Assembly (NCBI GenBank): GCA_013334825.1
Contig: JAAXWR010000001.1
Coordinates: 75,769 to 139,768 of the forward strand
Reading direction: 5' to 3'
Length of the DNA: 64,000 nucleotides
DNA from: Candidatus Yonathbacteria bacterium
GTDB lineage: Bacteria; Patescibacteriota; Minisyncoccia; Phycocordibacterales; JACNGX01
Below, in pieces: positions 21,940-31,869 of the stretch. Position numbers and translations under genes: made by a program. The notes beneath the pieces are model-generated. The model was not told the DNA's origin. It did no database searches and was given only the letters and a program-made list of their open reading frames with translations. The stretch's first letter is position 1. Every line of letters starts with the position of its first letter.

Positions 21940-22228
21940 TGGGTGTACCAGGACTTGAACCTGGAACCGCCGAGGTATATGTTCCATATAATGACGGCAC
22001 TCAAACGTTAAAAATACGTGGGCGCACAGGGACTTGAACCCCGAACCGCCGAGGTATAAGCTCGGTGCTCTAACCAATTGAGCTATGCGCCCACGTATTC
22101 TCACGTTTTCGTTTGTCATTATATATAAACATATAATGACATCATTCGAACGATATGTATGCAAGCATACAATCGATTCTCATTCGTCATTATAAGCTCG
22201 GTGCTCTAACCAATTGAGCTATGCGCCC
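21940..22228. mobile_element. tRNA-Ile(TAT)-carrying hairpin cassette (21980-22123) plus empty cassette (22124-22194) inserted between tRNA halves
   Basis: 3' half 21940-21979 | TGTTCCATATAATGAC...tRNA...GTCATTATA | TATAAACATATAATGAC...GTCATTATA | 5' half 22195-22228. Confidence 0.8.
22019..22092 (-). tRNA. tRNA-Ile(TAT)
   Basis: GGGCGCATAGCTCAATTGGTTAGAGCACCGAG-CTTATAC-CTCGGCGGTTCGGGGTTCAAGTCCCTGTGCGCCCA. Confidence 0.93.
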
Positions 22229-22762
22229 ACGTCCGGTCTCCGTTCTTTCGTGAAATTTTAAGTTCGGGGCTCCTTCGCCTTGTCAGAGCTTTAGGGCAGG
22301 TAACCAACTGCCGTGTCCTCCGAAGCCTTGGCGAAGGAGAATGCTAGGCACCCCTATATGTTCCCTTATGTGATATAAAATACATAACTTGGGATATAAG
22401 CATGGTACTACAGAATAACTTTTTTTTCCACCTATTGTAATAGAGTGAGTGCAGTAAGTGTTGCTTCCTACATTCTAGTTTGAATTGCAACAAATAGTAT
22501 TCCTTGGTGGCACTTTTCCTAACACAAACACCTCATACTGAATCAAATAGCCGAGACGTTTTTTCGCCTGATAATTCCGAAAGGACGGGCCTCTTTAAAA
22601 TGAAAAAAATGTGGTGTAATGTTGTTGTTCAATTGCCCGCCATATCCCAGTATCTCTCATACCAAGGTTAAACCTTGGGAGTATGCCCTGTACCAACATT
22701 AAGAGTTGGTACAGAACGTGTATTGTCATGTCATGGAGCATTGCTCGTGTTACAATACTCGT

Positions 22763-25015
22763 ATGACATTAGAACAACGAAAGCCGATTCATCTTGCTGA
22801 CTCAATTGACATACACACCCGTATGTCTGAACCACAAAAGAAGGCACTTGCTTCACTTGGTATTGTGACGGTACACGATATGCTGTATCACTTTCCGGCG
22901 CGATATCATCATATTGCGTCAATGAAACGTATTGCTGACCTTGTTATGGGTGATGAAGCGGTCGTGTATGGTAAAGTCATATCTGCAAAGACGACCAAAG
23001 CATATAAGAAAAAGATTCCCATTGGCGAGATTACGATTGATGATGGGACAGGTAAGATAAAAGCAGTGTGGTTTCATCAGGCATTTGCTGCGGCTGTGCT
23101 CAAAGAGGGAACCTATGTGAAGCTTGCCGGTCGTGTACAGCAAAAAAAGACGGGAGAATTGTATTTGGGTAATCCGGAATTTGAAAAAACGAAAGCACTT
23201 CCTATTGATGTGGGGAATTCACTTTTTGCTGGTGGTCTGCATGATGATGTGTTTGCTGCGCCAGTATATCCAGAGAGTAGAGGTGTATCATCGCGGTTTA
23301 TCGCCCATGCTGTGGAACGATTGTTTGCGCGTGGCGCGCTTGATGGATTGGCAGATCCTATCCCAGAGGATATGTTGAAGCGGTATAATCTGCCGACACT
23401 CGCGACCGCACTCGTGTGGATACATACCCCTCAGAAAGAAGCTGATGCGCGCGCAGCGCGCAAACGATTTGCGTTTGAAGAAATATTTTTTATTCAGCTC
23501 GCACGTCAGCGGGCACGTCGTGCGTATCGAGACCTTGAAGCATTTGATATTGATACCGACCGCGAGGCGATTGCACCGTTTCTCAAGAAGTTTTCTTTTC
23601 CGCTTACTGGAGCGCAAGAACGCGCGATTGATGCAATACTGTCGGACATGGGAAGTGGAGAGCCGATGACGCGACTCCTTGAGGGAGATGTGGGGTCGGG
23701 AAAGACGGCGGTCGCTGCCGCGACCGCCTACGCCACCGTCTCCACACGCCCAAAAGGACAGGACTTCGGGACACTCCAGGTTGCCTATATGGCGCCAACG
23801 GAGATTCTTGCGACGCAGCATTTTCTCTCATTTATTGAATATTTTAGAAACACACCGATACAGGTGGGGCTTATTACGGGAAGTGGATGTAAAAAGTTTC
23901 CGTCAAAAAACGACCCCAATAAACCGACGGATATTTCTCGTGCGCAACTTTTGAAATGGGTGGCAAGTGGAGAAATCGCGATTGTGTTCGGCACACATGC
24001 ACTTATTCAAAAGAGCGTGAAGTTTAAACATCTTGCATACGCTATCATTGATGAACAACACCGATTCGGTACACATCAGCGCGGAGCGCTGATACGCGGA
24101 AGTGACGCGGACACTACGCAGACTCAAGCGGAACATACGCAGAATAATGCAGATGGTACTTCGCGACCTTCCGCGTATGTTCCGCATCTGCTGTCGATGA
24201 CGGCGACACCGATTCCGCGCACGCTCGCACTCACTATCTATGGTGATCTTGACCTCACACTTTTGGATGAATTGCCTGCGGGACGCAAGGATGTGAAAAC
24301 TGCGGTGATTCCTCCCGATAGACGTGATGAAGTGTATACGCATATGCGTATTGCTCTCGATGAAGGACGACAAGCGTATGTGATATGTCCGCGTATTGAC
24401 GAACCAGATCCGGACAAAGCGGCAGCGCTCAATACCAAGTCGGTGAAGGCCGAGGCGGAGCGTCTCAAGCGCAATATCTTTCCTGACAAGACAATAGATA
24501 TTCTGCACAGTAAAATGACACCGAAAGAAAAAGATGCGACGATGGCGCGTTTTGCGGCGGGGGAGACAGATATACTTGTCGCGACATCTGTTGTTGAGGT
24601 GGGTGTGAATGTCCCCAATGCGACGGAGATTATTATCGAGGGTGCGGAGCGTTTTGGTTTGGCACAGCTCCATCAATTGCGCGGGCGTGTGCAACGAAGC
24701 GCATATCAGGCGCACTGTTATTTGTTTACTGACTCAGGCGCAGTTACTGCGTCTGAACGATTGGGAGCATTTGTAAAAGCGCGTGACGGTTTCGCACTCG
24801 CGGAAATGGATTTATCATTGCGAGGCTCGGGCGAACTGGGAGGAGGGAAGCAATGGGGCGTGACAGATGTCGGCATGGAAGCAATCAAAAATCTTCCTAT
24901 GGTAGAGGCAGCGCGCAATGAAGCGACGCGTATGTTGGATGAAGATGTTGATTTTCAGAGGCACCCACTTATTGCGCAAAGAGTCAAAGACGCGGAAGAG
25001 ATGCATTTTGAATAG
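22763..25015 (+). CDS. recG: ATP-dependent DNA helicase RecG
   Basis: GDVGSGKT, MAPTEILA, DEQHRFG, MTATPIPR, QLHQLRGRV. Confidence 0.97.
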   Translation: MTLEQRKPIHLADSIDIHTRMSEPQKKALASLGIVTVHDMLYHFPARYHHIASMKRIADLVMGDEAVVYGKVISAKTTKAYKKKIPIGEITIDDGTGKIKAVWFHQAFAAAVLKEGTYVKLAGRVQQKKTGELYLGNPEFEKTKALPIDVGNSLFAGGLHDDVFAAPVYPESRGVSSRFIAHAVERLFARGALDGLADPIPEDMLKRYNLPTLATALVWIHTPQKEADARAARKRFAFEEIFFIQLARQRARRAYRDLEAFDIDTDREAIAPFLKKFSFPLTGAQERAIDAILSDMGSGEPMTRLLEGDVGSGKTAVAAATAYATVSTRPKGQDFGTLQVAYMAPTEILATQHFLSFIEYFRNTPIQVGLITGSGCKKFPSKNDPNKPTDISRAQLLKWVASGEIAIVFGTHALIQKSVKFKHLAYAIIDEQHRFGTHQRGALIRGSDADTTQTQAEHTQNNADGTSRPSAYVPHLLSMTATPIPRTLALTIYGDLDLTLLDELPAGRKDVKTAVIPPDRRDEVYTHMRIALDEGRQAYVICPRIDEPDPDKAAALNTKSVKAEAERLKRNIFPDKTIDILHSKMTPKEKDATMARFAAGETDILVATSVVEVGVNVPNATEIIIEGAERFGLAQLHQLRGRVQRSAYQAHCYLFTDSGAVTASERLGAFVKARDGFALAEMDLSLRGSGELGGGKQWGVTDVGMEAIKNLPMVEAARNEATRMLDEDVDFQRHPLIAQRVKDAEEMHFE

Positions 25016-25250
25016 GGACAAAAAAATCGTATCCGCGTTTTGCGGTGGGTTTACCCTCCGTTCACATTTCGCAGTCATTTCACATTGTCCGTTCGCATTC
25101 GCTCACAGAGCCTCTCCCGTGTTTGCTTCGTATTCGCTCTATGGCTTCGTTGAAGTCCGTGGTAATTCTAGAAAAGCGGATTGTGTTGAGGCATAAATAA
25201 GTTTATATATGCTTGCCCCACCCAACCAGTGCGCGCACAAGCAGTGCCCC

Positions 25251-27452
25251 CTAAACTTTCTCAAGTAGTGTGAGAAAGTCCTTCAATTTTTGTATTTTTT
25301 CTGGTTCACGCAATTTAATGGTCTCGTGTTGATCGTGCATATGCTCGTGCCAGTTGTTACTTAGAATCTCATCTTTGACTGCACATTTTCCATCGATTTT
25401 TTCTAGATACGCAGATATGCTCCCGTCTGCAAGCGTGCTTTTATCAAGCATGAAGTAATACTTATGTCTCAAGATTCTCTCTAGACATTTTCGGACTTTT
25501 CCTATGGCTTCGTCTACATTACGAGAGTTATCTGCCGCATCTTTAATATATTTGATATCTTTGAAATACTGCTCTTCAATCAACTCATCCACGTCACATT
25601 CTTCAAGTACTGAACCAAATGTTTTAGAATGTTTAATTCTTAGTATTTTCGTATCTGAAGAAGGCAACTTTTCTTGCAGTCTTCCCAAAAAACTATCATC
25701 ATGAGTTAGGATAATTACCTGTTCTGGTAAATCATCACTCTCATTTCTAATATCAATTATTGCTTTTGCTAGATAGTCTTTTCTGTTTGAATCAAAACTT
25801 GAAAAAGGATCATCTAGAATGACTATTTTACTTTTCAAATTTGAATCCGTTTTAAGACTTGAAATGAAAAAAGCCATTGCTAAGAGTCTTCGATCACTGT
25901 CACTGAGTGTGTTTCCAAAATACGCTTTATCCAAAGGCTCTTCATCTGACTGAGAACGTTTATTGGAAATTGGTACTGTTTCCCCATCGATAACAAACTC
26001 ATAATCAAGAAAGTGTGCATCAGATCGTGTGAGATTTGATTTGCTATTTAACTTTTGTATTGTAAAATCTGCCTTTAAAACATCCCTCAAGACCATGTTG
26101 ATTTGTTCCTGATTCTTTTCAATTGTACTTTTCGTTATCTTGTCTATCTTTTTCCGTAATGCATCAATTTTTACTTTCTTCATTTCAACAGCTTTTCCAG
26201 CTTGCTGGTATTTTTCTGCGAGAGTTACACCTTCTTTACTATGGCGGTATTGCGACAATTGAAACTGTTTCAATTCATTTTCAAGACCTTGTAATTTGAG
26301 AGCAGAAAACTCTTGTGTTTTTAATTCATTTAAAATTGAATGTAATTTTTTGATTTCTGAAACAAATACTTGAAAATGACTGTCTTCCGCTTCACAATTG
26401 ATAGGATGATTCAGATTTTTTAGTTTTTTTGCAACATCTTCATCAAGAGCTTTTTTGTTTTCCAACAATAGTTTTTTATCTAAAATATCTTCACACTTAA
26501 CCCCGAGAGAAGTGAATTTCGCTATTTCTGCTTCTGGATCAAAGCGCAAGAATCTCTCTCCGTATGTTTCTATTTCTTGTCGTGTTGTTGTGTAAGTTTC
26601 CCCGAAGACTTTTTTGAAATCCTTAATCAGATCGGTGACTGGTGCAAGATTTTGTCCGCAGAATATACATGCATCTGAATCTTTTTTCAACAAGGTGACA
26701 CCGTCTGCCAGAAAATTCTTTGACGCATGTTCATCATTCCAGTGATTGCGAATATGTTCATCAATATTCTTTTCAGCGGATGTGTCCAGGGTTTTCTGCA
26801 TTGCAGCAAAAAAATTATCAAACGTACTTGCAAGAGGTGATGTTGGTACTAACTGCTTGAGTGCATCACTATTTTTTAGTCTTTGAATTTTTTCTTTTTT
26901 CTTTTCAACCTCCTCATCAATATTTGTAATCTCTATGGCTTTCAAGAAAAAATCAAATGTGCCTAGATCATATTTTGTATATTCTGTTTTTATTTGGTCA
27001 CGTTGTTTCTCTAGAGCATCTTGTTCATCACGCAATTCCTTTAACTTCGTGACTTTTTGTCCCACGTTTTCACCAACAAAGATGCCGTGTAAAGATGATT
27101 TGTGTTTATGATCTATCTCGTCACCTACAAAAACTGAATTATGTATAAAATTGTTATCAAATATAGCAATGTTTGGATTATTCCAATTTCCATTTGCTAG
27201 AGTTAGATGCTTGTTGCTACTATCTAAAATATCAATCACGATGTCGCCAGTGTGCCCAAAACTTTTCTTTCCTTTTATACATTTCTGATCAGAATTTTTG
27301 AGAGATCTAAAAATGGTGGTTAGGGTACTTTTACCATAGGTGTTGTAACCAAAAATGATTGTATGTTTAAGAAACCTTAAATCGTCATTGCCACCATTGG
27401 CAAAGTTTTTGAATTTTCCCAACCCCTCAATTTTTAATATCTTACTAATCAT
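25251..27452 (-). CDS. AAA_13/RloC-like ABC-ATPase with zinc hook and C-terminal HEPN-like region
   Basis: Walker A GYNTYGKST, coiled coil with CIFC, signature LSDSDRR, Walker B ILDDPFSSFD, LTH, C-terminal RKCLE...H. Confidence 0.75.
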   Translation of the reverse strand: MISKILKIEGLGKFKNFANGGNDDLRFLKHTIIFGYNTYGKSTLTTIFRSLKNSDQKCIKGKKSFGHTGDIVIDILDSSNKHLTLANGNWNNPNIAIFDNNFIHNSVFVGDEIDHKHKSSLHGIFVGENVGQKVTKLKELRDEQDALEKQRDQIKTEYTKYDLGTFDFFLKAIEITNIDEEVEKKKEKIQRLKNSDALKQLVPTSPLASTFDNFFAAMQKTLDTSAEKNIDEHIRNHWNDEHASKNFLADGVTLLKKDSDACIFCGQNLAPVTDLIKDFKKVFGETYTTTRQEIETYGERFLRFDPEAEIAKFTSLGVKCEDILDKKLLLENKKALDEDVAKKLKNLNHPINCEAEDSHFQVFVSEIKKLHSILNELKTQEFSALKLQGLENELKQFQLSQYRHSKEGVTLAEKYQQAGKAVEMKKVKIDALRKKIDKITKSTIEKNQEQINMVLRDVLKADFTIQKLNSKSNLTRSDAHFLDYEFVIDGETVPISNKRSQSDEEPLDKAYFGNTLSDSDRRLLAMAFFISSLKTDSNLKSKIVILDDPFSSFDSNRKDYLAKAIIDIRNESDDLPEQVIILTHDDSFLGRLQEKLPSSDTKILRIKHSKTFGSVLEECDVDELIEEQYFKDIKYIKDAADNSRNVDEAIGKVRKCLERILRHKYYFMLDKSTLADGSISAYLEKIDGKCAVKDEILSNNWHEHMHDQHETIKLREPEKIQKLKDFLTLLEKV

Positions 27453-27458
27453 ACAAAT

Positions 27459-28229
27459 TTATTTCTTCATTCTTTGCTTGGCGATTCTTGCATATTCTTT
27501 ATCTTGCTCAATTCCAATCCATTTTCGACCATATTTTTTTGCTACATATGTCGTTGTGCCACTTCCCAAAAATGGATCAAGAACAATATCGCCTTTGTTG
27601 GAGCTTGCTAAAATAATACGCGTGAGCATTTCCTCAGGCTTTTGCGTAGGATGCAATGCGCGACCATTATCGCCACGCAAGCGCTCTTTTCCTTGGACAA
27701 GCGGAAGTTCCCAGAAATCACGCATTTGTTTTAGGTTTCCGTCCTTTTGCTTATTAGGATTTATTTTCTTTATTTCTTCGTAGTTGAATGTCCATCCACT
27801 TCCTTTTACAGCCCAAATAACAAACTCAGTTGAGTGTGTGAAGACACGCCTTGTCATATTCGGCATGGCGTTTGTCTTGTACCAAGTGATGACGTTATTT
27901 ACTTTGTAATCAAGTTGTTTTAATACAATCATCACCTCCGCGATGTTGTGATAACTACAGGCGACATAAATTGATCCTTTATCTTTCAAAGCTCTATCGC
28001 AAGCACCCAGCCATTTTCTCGTAAATTGTAAATATTCCGGTGCAGACATTTTGTCCCATTCTTCGTCGACCATGTACCAATCTCCGCCAGTCTTGTTGCC
28101 TTTCCAGTGCAAACCGTTTCCAGATAGATTATAAGGAGGATCAGCAAAAACCAAATCAATAGATTTTTCCTCAACCTTTTTATTGAGAGTGTCTATACAG
28201 TCTCCATTGTAAATAATATTTGTTTTCAT
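27459..28229 (-). CDS. DNA methyltransferase (N4/N6, beta class)
   Basis: DPPY, HPTQKP, LDPFLGSGTT. Confidence 0.95.
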   Translation of the reverse strand: MKTNIIYNGDCIDTLNKKVEEKSIDLVFADPPYNLSGNGLHWKGNKTGGDWYMVDEEWDKMSAPEYLQFTRKWLGACDRALKDKGSIYVACSYHNIAEVMIVLKQLDYKVNNVITWYKTNAMPNMTRRVFTHSTEFVIWAVKGSGWTFNYEEIKKINPNKQKDGNLKQMRDFWELPLVQGKERLRGDNGRALHPTQKPEEMLTRIILASSNKGDIVLDPFLGSGTTTYVAKKYGRKWIGIEQDKEYARIAKQRMKK

Positions 28230-28232
28230 GTT

Positions 28233-30056
28233 TTATGTTTGAGAAATAAGGCTTTCTTGCCATACTGAAATGGTATTTGGAATATTTCGTAACCATTCAT
28301 TTGAATCGCTAAATAATTTTGATGACTCCAAGATTTCATCATACAGGCGAGCAATTTCTGAGTGTTGCAAAAATCTCTTTTTTGATTTCATTTGCACCAA
28401 CACTTTCAACACAGAAACAAATTGTCTAATCGAAAGAGGTATGATTCTTTGTGGTTGTCCCTCGTACTCGTATTTTATTGCTGTCCAGAAAGTGTTTACT
28501 GTATCTCTGTGCAACTTCGGGGCAATAAACAGACAATAGGAAGGCTTGTTATTATGTTTTTGTTCGAAGTCTCGTAAATGTCGCATAACTGGTTGACCTT
28601 CGTTGTACCATTGATCGCGACCATTCAGCATCGTGACTTCACAAATGGCATTAAAACTATCGTAAAAACACTCTATGTCTGGTGTGTTTGCGGGGGCAGT
28701 AAATGTTGGTTCATTGTCGTCACCGACAGGATAGTTTGGTTGAATTTTCAATGCATCATTTAAAGCGTGCAATCCAAGTGCAGATAATTTTTCAAGTAAG
28801 ATCGGACGATCATCAAAATCAAAAATGTTTTCAAGATCATTTATGTAAGATTCGACCTGTTCAATCGCTTGAGATTTACTGTGACTTTCTGCGTTTTGTA
28901 GTTCTCGTCTATATACTCTCAATTCTGTAATATATTTTCTTAGTTCATCAACCTGCATTTCCTGGTGACTCTTAATTTCAAGATTATCTTCCTGCAAAGT
29001 AGATTCGTATTCACGTATTTCCTCAATAAGTCTTTCGGCAATCTCATTATATTTTTCTGCAGTTTCCCAAGGTAGTTTCGGTTCCGAAATATCGGAAATG
29101 TAAGCAAGATAATCTTCTTTTGATTCGAAATGTTTTGCTTGTGCGTTATCATATGCAAGCAGAGAATCAATTTCGATTTTTCTCCTTTCCTCAAGATCAA
29201 CATAGAAACCACCGCCACGAATATGAATGTATCGAGTTAAGCGGAAATAACGGATTGCATTATCTCCATAATCTTGCAAATTGCTTAATAAGCCACCTAT
29301 TTCTTGTTCATCATCGGTTTCTAGAAAATCACTTGCAAACCGCCGTTTGTAAGCATCAAATATTTCTTTTTGCTCCTGCTTTGTTTTGCCACTTAATTCA
29401 TCTCGCAAGGTGATGATTTTTTCTGCATACATGCTGATACTTTGATAATGTATCAAAGTAGGAGCAAAGAGAGACAATTCTTTTTTACTAATGCCTTTTG
29501 CATTGTTGCCACGCGCAGTCTCTTTTTGGTTAACTTCGTTGATTAAATGGAGTGTTCCTATAAACGGTTTGATATCGTAGTCTCCGTTATCTTGATAATC
29601 TCGACTGTCTGGATTTGGTATTTGCCACTTTAAGAAGCTTCTAAAAAATATTTCTCCAAAATCAAAATCATCTTTTAGAAATAATTTTCCTAATTCTGTT
29701 ATTTTTACCTTGTTATCTTCGATGGCGACAAGCCCTATTTTTTTGAGAGGGTTCATTGACTGCCTCCCACGCATTGCAGGATCTTCATAATTTTTCGCAT
29801 TAAAAATTTCTTCCGCCTGCTCAAGAGAGATGTCTCTTGATGGATCATCAACCAAATCAACATGATCTTGCATAAGTCCATTGTAGAATTGGCGACTTCC
29901 ATAACCGTATATTCTGTTCTGGATCAGCAAAATTTGATATTTCTTTTGGTTCTCAAGATTCCACTCAAAATTTTCAAGCTGTTGCAAAACAATCAAGAAA
30001 TTTCTCAATCTCTCAGGATTTCGTAATGTTGTTGTGATTGACCAGGGTTTTTTCAT
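28233..30056 (-). CDS. AlwI-family type IIS restriction endonuclease
   Basis: PWSITTTLRNPERL N-terminus, PDIE...EVT, EGQPVMRH. Confidence 0.85.
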   Translation of the reverse strand: MKKPWSITTTLRNPERLRNFLIVLQQLENFEWNLENQKKYQILLIQNRIYGYGSRQFYNGLMQDHVDLVDDPSRDISLEQAEEIFNAKNYEDPAMRGRQSMNPLKKIGLVAIEDNKVKITELGKLFLKDDFDFGEIFFRSFLKWQIPNPDSRDYQDNGDYDIKPFIGTLHLINEVNQKETARGNNAKGISKKELSLFAPTLIHYQSISMYAEKIITLRDELSGKTKQEQKEIFDAYKRRFASDFLETDDEQEIGGLLSNLQDYGDNAIRYFRLTRYIHIRGGGFYVDLEERRKIEIDSLLAYDNAQAKHFESKEDYLAYISDISEPKLPWETAEKYNEIAERLIEEIREYESTLQEDNLEIKSHQEMQVDELRKYITELRVYRRELQNAESHSKSQAIEQVESYINDLENIFDFDDRPILLEKLSALGLHALNDALKIQPNYPVGDDNEPTFTAPANTPDIECFYDSFNAICEVTMLNGRDQWYNEGQPVMRHLRDFEQKHNNKPSYCLFIAPKLHRDTVNTFWTAIKYEYEGQPQRIIPLSIRQFVSVLKVLVQMKSKKRFLQHSEIARLYDEILESSKLFSDSNEWLRNIPNTISVWQESLISQT

Positions 30057-30058
30057 AA

Positions 30059-31867
30059 TTATTTTGTTACTTTACAGTAGAAAATGCGTTCCGCATTATC
30101 TTCTCCGTTACTTTTTCCTGTCGTAAAGGCTTTGTAATCTTTTTCAAAAATCTCAACATCACCCTTGTCGTTTAGAATTTGTAGAATTTCATCATCACTC
30201 ATACGCGCATTAGAACGCCCATCTTTGGAATCTCCAGTATTATTGTATGAAAGTAAAATATGCTCGCAGTTTGCATTTCTGATAAGGTCTGCAAAAGCAC
30301 TCGTTGCACTTTTTAGGCAATAGTCACTTTTAATGTGAGAGCGATCCATTTTTTTACCAATCCCAATAACCTCTGGCTTTTTCCATTCCGCAAGATTTTC
30401 TAAAAGATGGTAGGCATCCGAGTATTGACGTGAATTATATGGTGGATCTACGTATAAAACATCACAAGAAATTTTTCTGATAAGGGTATTTGCGTCTTCT
30501 CTATAAATTTCATTATTTGTGTTGCGAATGTAATCAACATCAGGAATCAAAAGCTTTATGGGCTGCAACATGTCTAGCTTTTTACGAAAAGCGTCATAAT
30601 GACCAACGGTATTGGCAACTTTATCGACAGCATAAAGCAAGGAACAAATCAAAATATTTTTTTCTTCCTCATTTTCTGCTATCTTTTCAATTTCTGCACG
30701 CATTGCCCCAATCTTTCTTGCGTTTTCTTTTGTAAAATACGTCCCGCCAAAATGTTCAGAAAAATAGTTTTCCTTGTCGTTCGATAAATTATTAAGAACC
30801 TCTATCTTTTCAGAGATGCCTTGTCGCATGTCCCGATTGACTCCCAAAAACGCATATAGGCAAGCATAATTTGCTGAGAGAAAATCATTGGAAATGATTT
30901 TGATTTCTGGACTATTGAACCTTTCTCCAACGACACCTGTGCCTGCAAAAATATCGCAAAGTGAATTGATTGATCCACATTTTTCAGAAATTATGTCTTC
31001 GATAAATCCAAGCAATTTGTGTTTATTTCCCAAATATCTTCTGTTTTGAAGTTGGAAATACCCGCTTTTTGATGCTTGGGGCTGGAAGTAATGTTTATCA
31101 ATTTTTTTTATACTTACTTCGTAAGTCGGTTTTTCAATTTCTAATAGACCAAACAGCGTTTCTTGCATCCCGTCAGCGACATAATCAAAACCTTTATTTT
31201 GATCCTTTAGTTTTTCGTAAAAACTGTAATATCCTTTTTGAGAGACAATGACAAAATCAATGACAGAAATTCCCATTATTTCTCCTGCTTGTGCTATTTT
31301 TTCAACAATTTGAATATCTTTCTCGCTCGGCGTTGAATCACCAGACGGATGATTGTGTATAAGAATCACGCTTGCGGCGTTAAGTTCTGTTGCAGGATAG
31401 AAAATCTCTCTCGGGTGCAGTAGTGTCTTATCAAGAAGTCCAACACTGATAACTTCTTTTTTTAATAAAATATTTCTTGCATTCAGATACAGACAAACGA
31501 GATGTTCTTTTTTCTTATCTCTCAAATCGTAAGTTAAAGAGATAACATCTTGAGAATTACTGATTTTTATTTCGTTTGTCCGATCATCTGCATAAAATCT
31601 TTTTACTAAAGAAATTGCTGACGCAATTTGCAACGCTTTTGCTTGTCCGATTCCAGAGATTTCTTGCAAATTATCAACGGTAATATTCAAAAAGTTTTTG
31701 CCAAATTTCCTAATTATTTCTTGAGACAATTCTTGAACATTCGTGCCTTTGATACCGCTACCGAGCAAAATAGCCAAAAGATCACTTTTTGAAAGTGCTT
31801 CAGGACCTTTCTTGAGAAATCTTTCTCGCGGTCTATCAATTTTTGGAATATCTTTGATCTTTGTCAT
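30059..31867 (-). CDS. RadC (JAB) domain fused to DNA adenine methyltransferase (D12 class)
   Basis: RPRER...GIGQAKA...HPREIF...HNHPSGD..PS..D, then RYLGNK, DIFAGTG, DPPY. Confidence 0.88.
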   Translation of the reverse strand: MTKIKDIPKIDRPRERFLKKGPEALSKSDLLAILLGSGIKGTNVQELSQEIIRKFGKNFLNITVDNLQEISGIGQAKALQIASAISLVKRFYADDRTNEIKISNSQDVISLTYDLRDKKKEHLVCLYLNARNILLKKEVISVGLLDKTLLHPREIFYPATELNAASVILIHNHPSGDSTPSEKDIQIVEKIAQAGEIMGISVIDFVIVSQKGYYSFYEKLKDQNKGFDYVADGMQETLFGLLEIEKPTYEVSIKKIDKHYFQPQASKSGYFQLQNRRYLGNKHKLLGFIEDIISEKCGSINSLCDIFAGTGVVGERFNSPEIKIISNDFLSANYACLYAFLGVNRDMRQGISEKIEVLNNLSNDKENYFSEHFGGTYFTKENARKIGAMRAEIEKIAENEEEKNILICSLLYAVDKVANTVGHYDAFRKKLDMLQPIKLLIPDVDYIRNTNNEIYREDANTLIRKISCDVLYVDPPYNSRQYSDAYHLLENLAEWKKPEVIGIGKKMDRSHIKSDYCLKSATSAFADLIRNANCEHILLSYNNTGDSKDGRSNARMSDDEILQILNDKGDVEIFEKDYKAFTTGKSNGEDNAERIFYCKVTK

Positions 31868-31869
31868 AA

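Noticed and set aside
25016-25250. attR of the tRNA-Ser defence island
   Set aside because: No recognisable copy of the tRNA-Ser 3' end here by eye, and no integrase.
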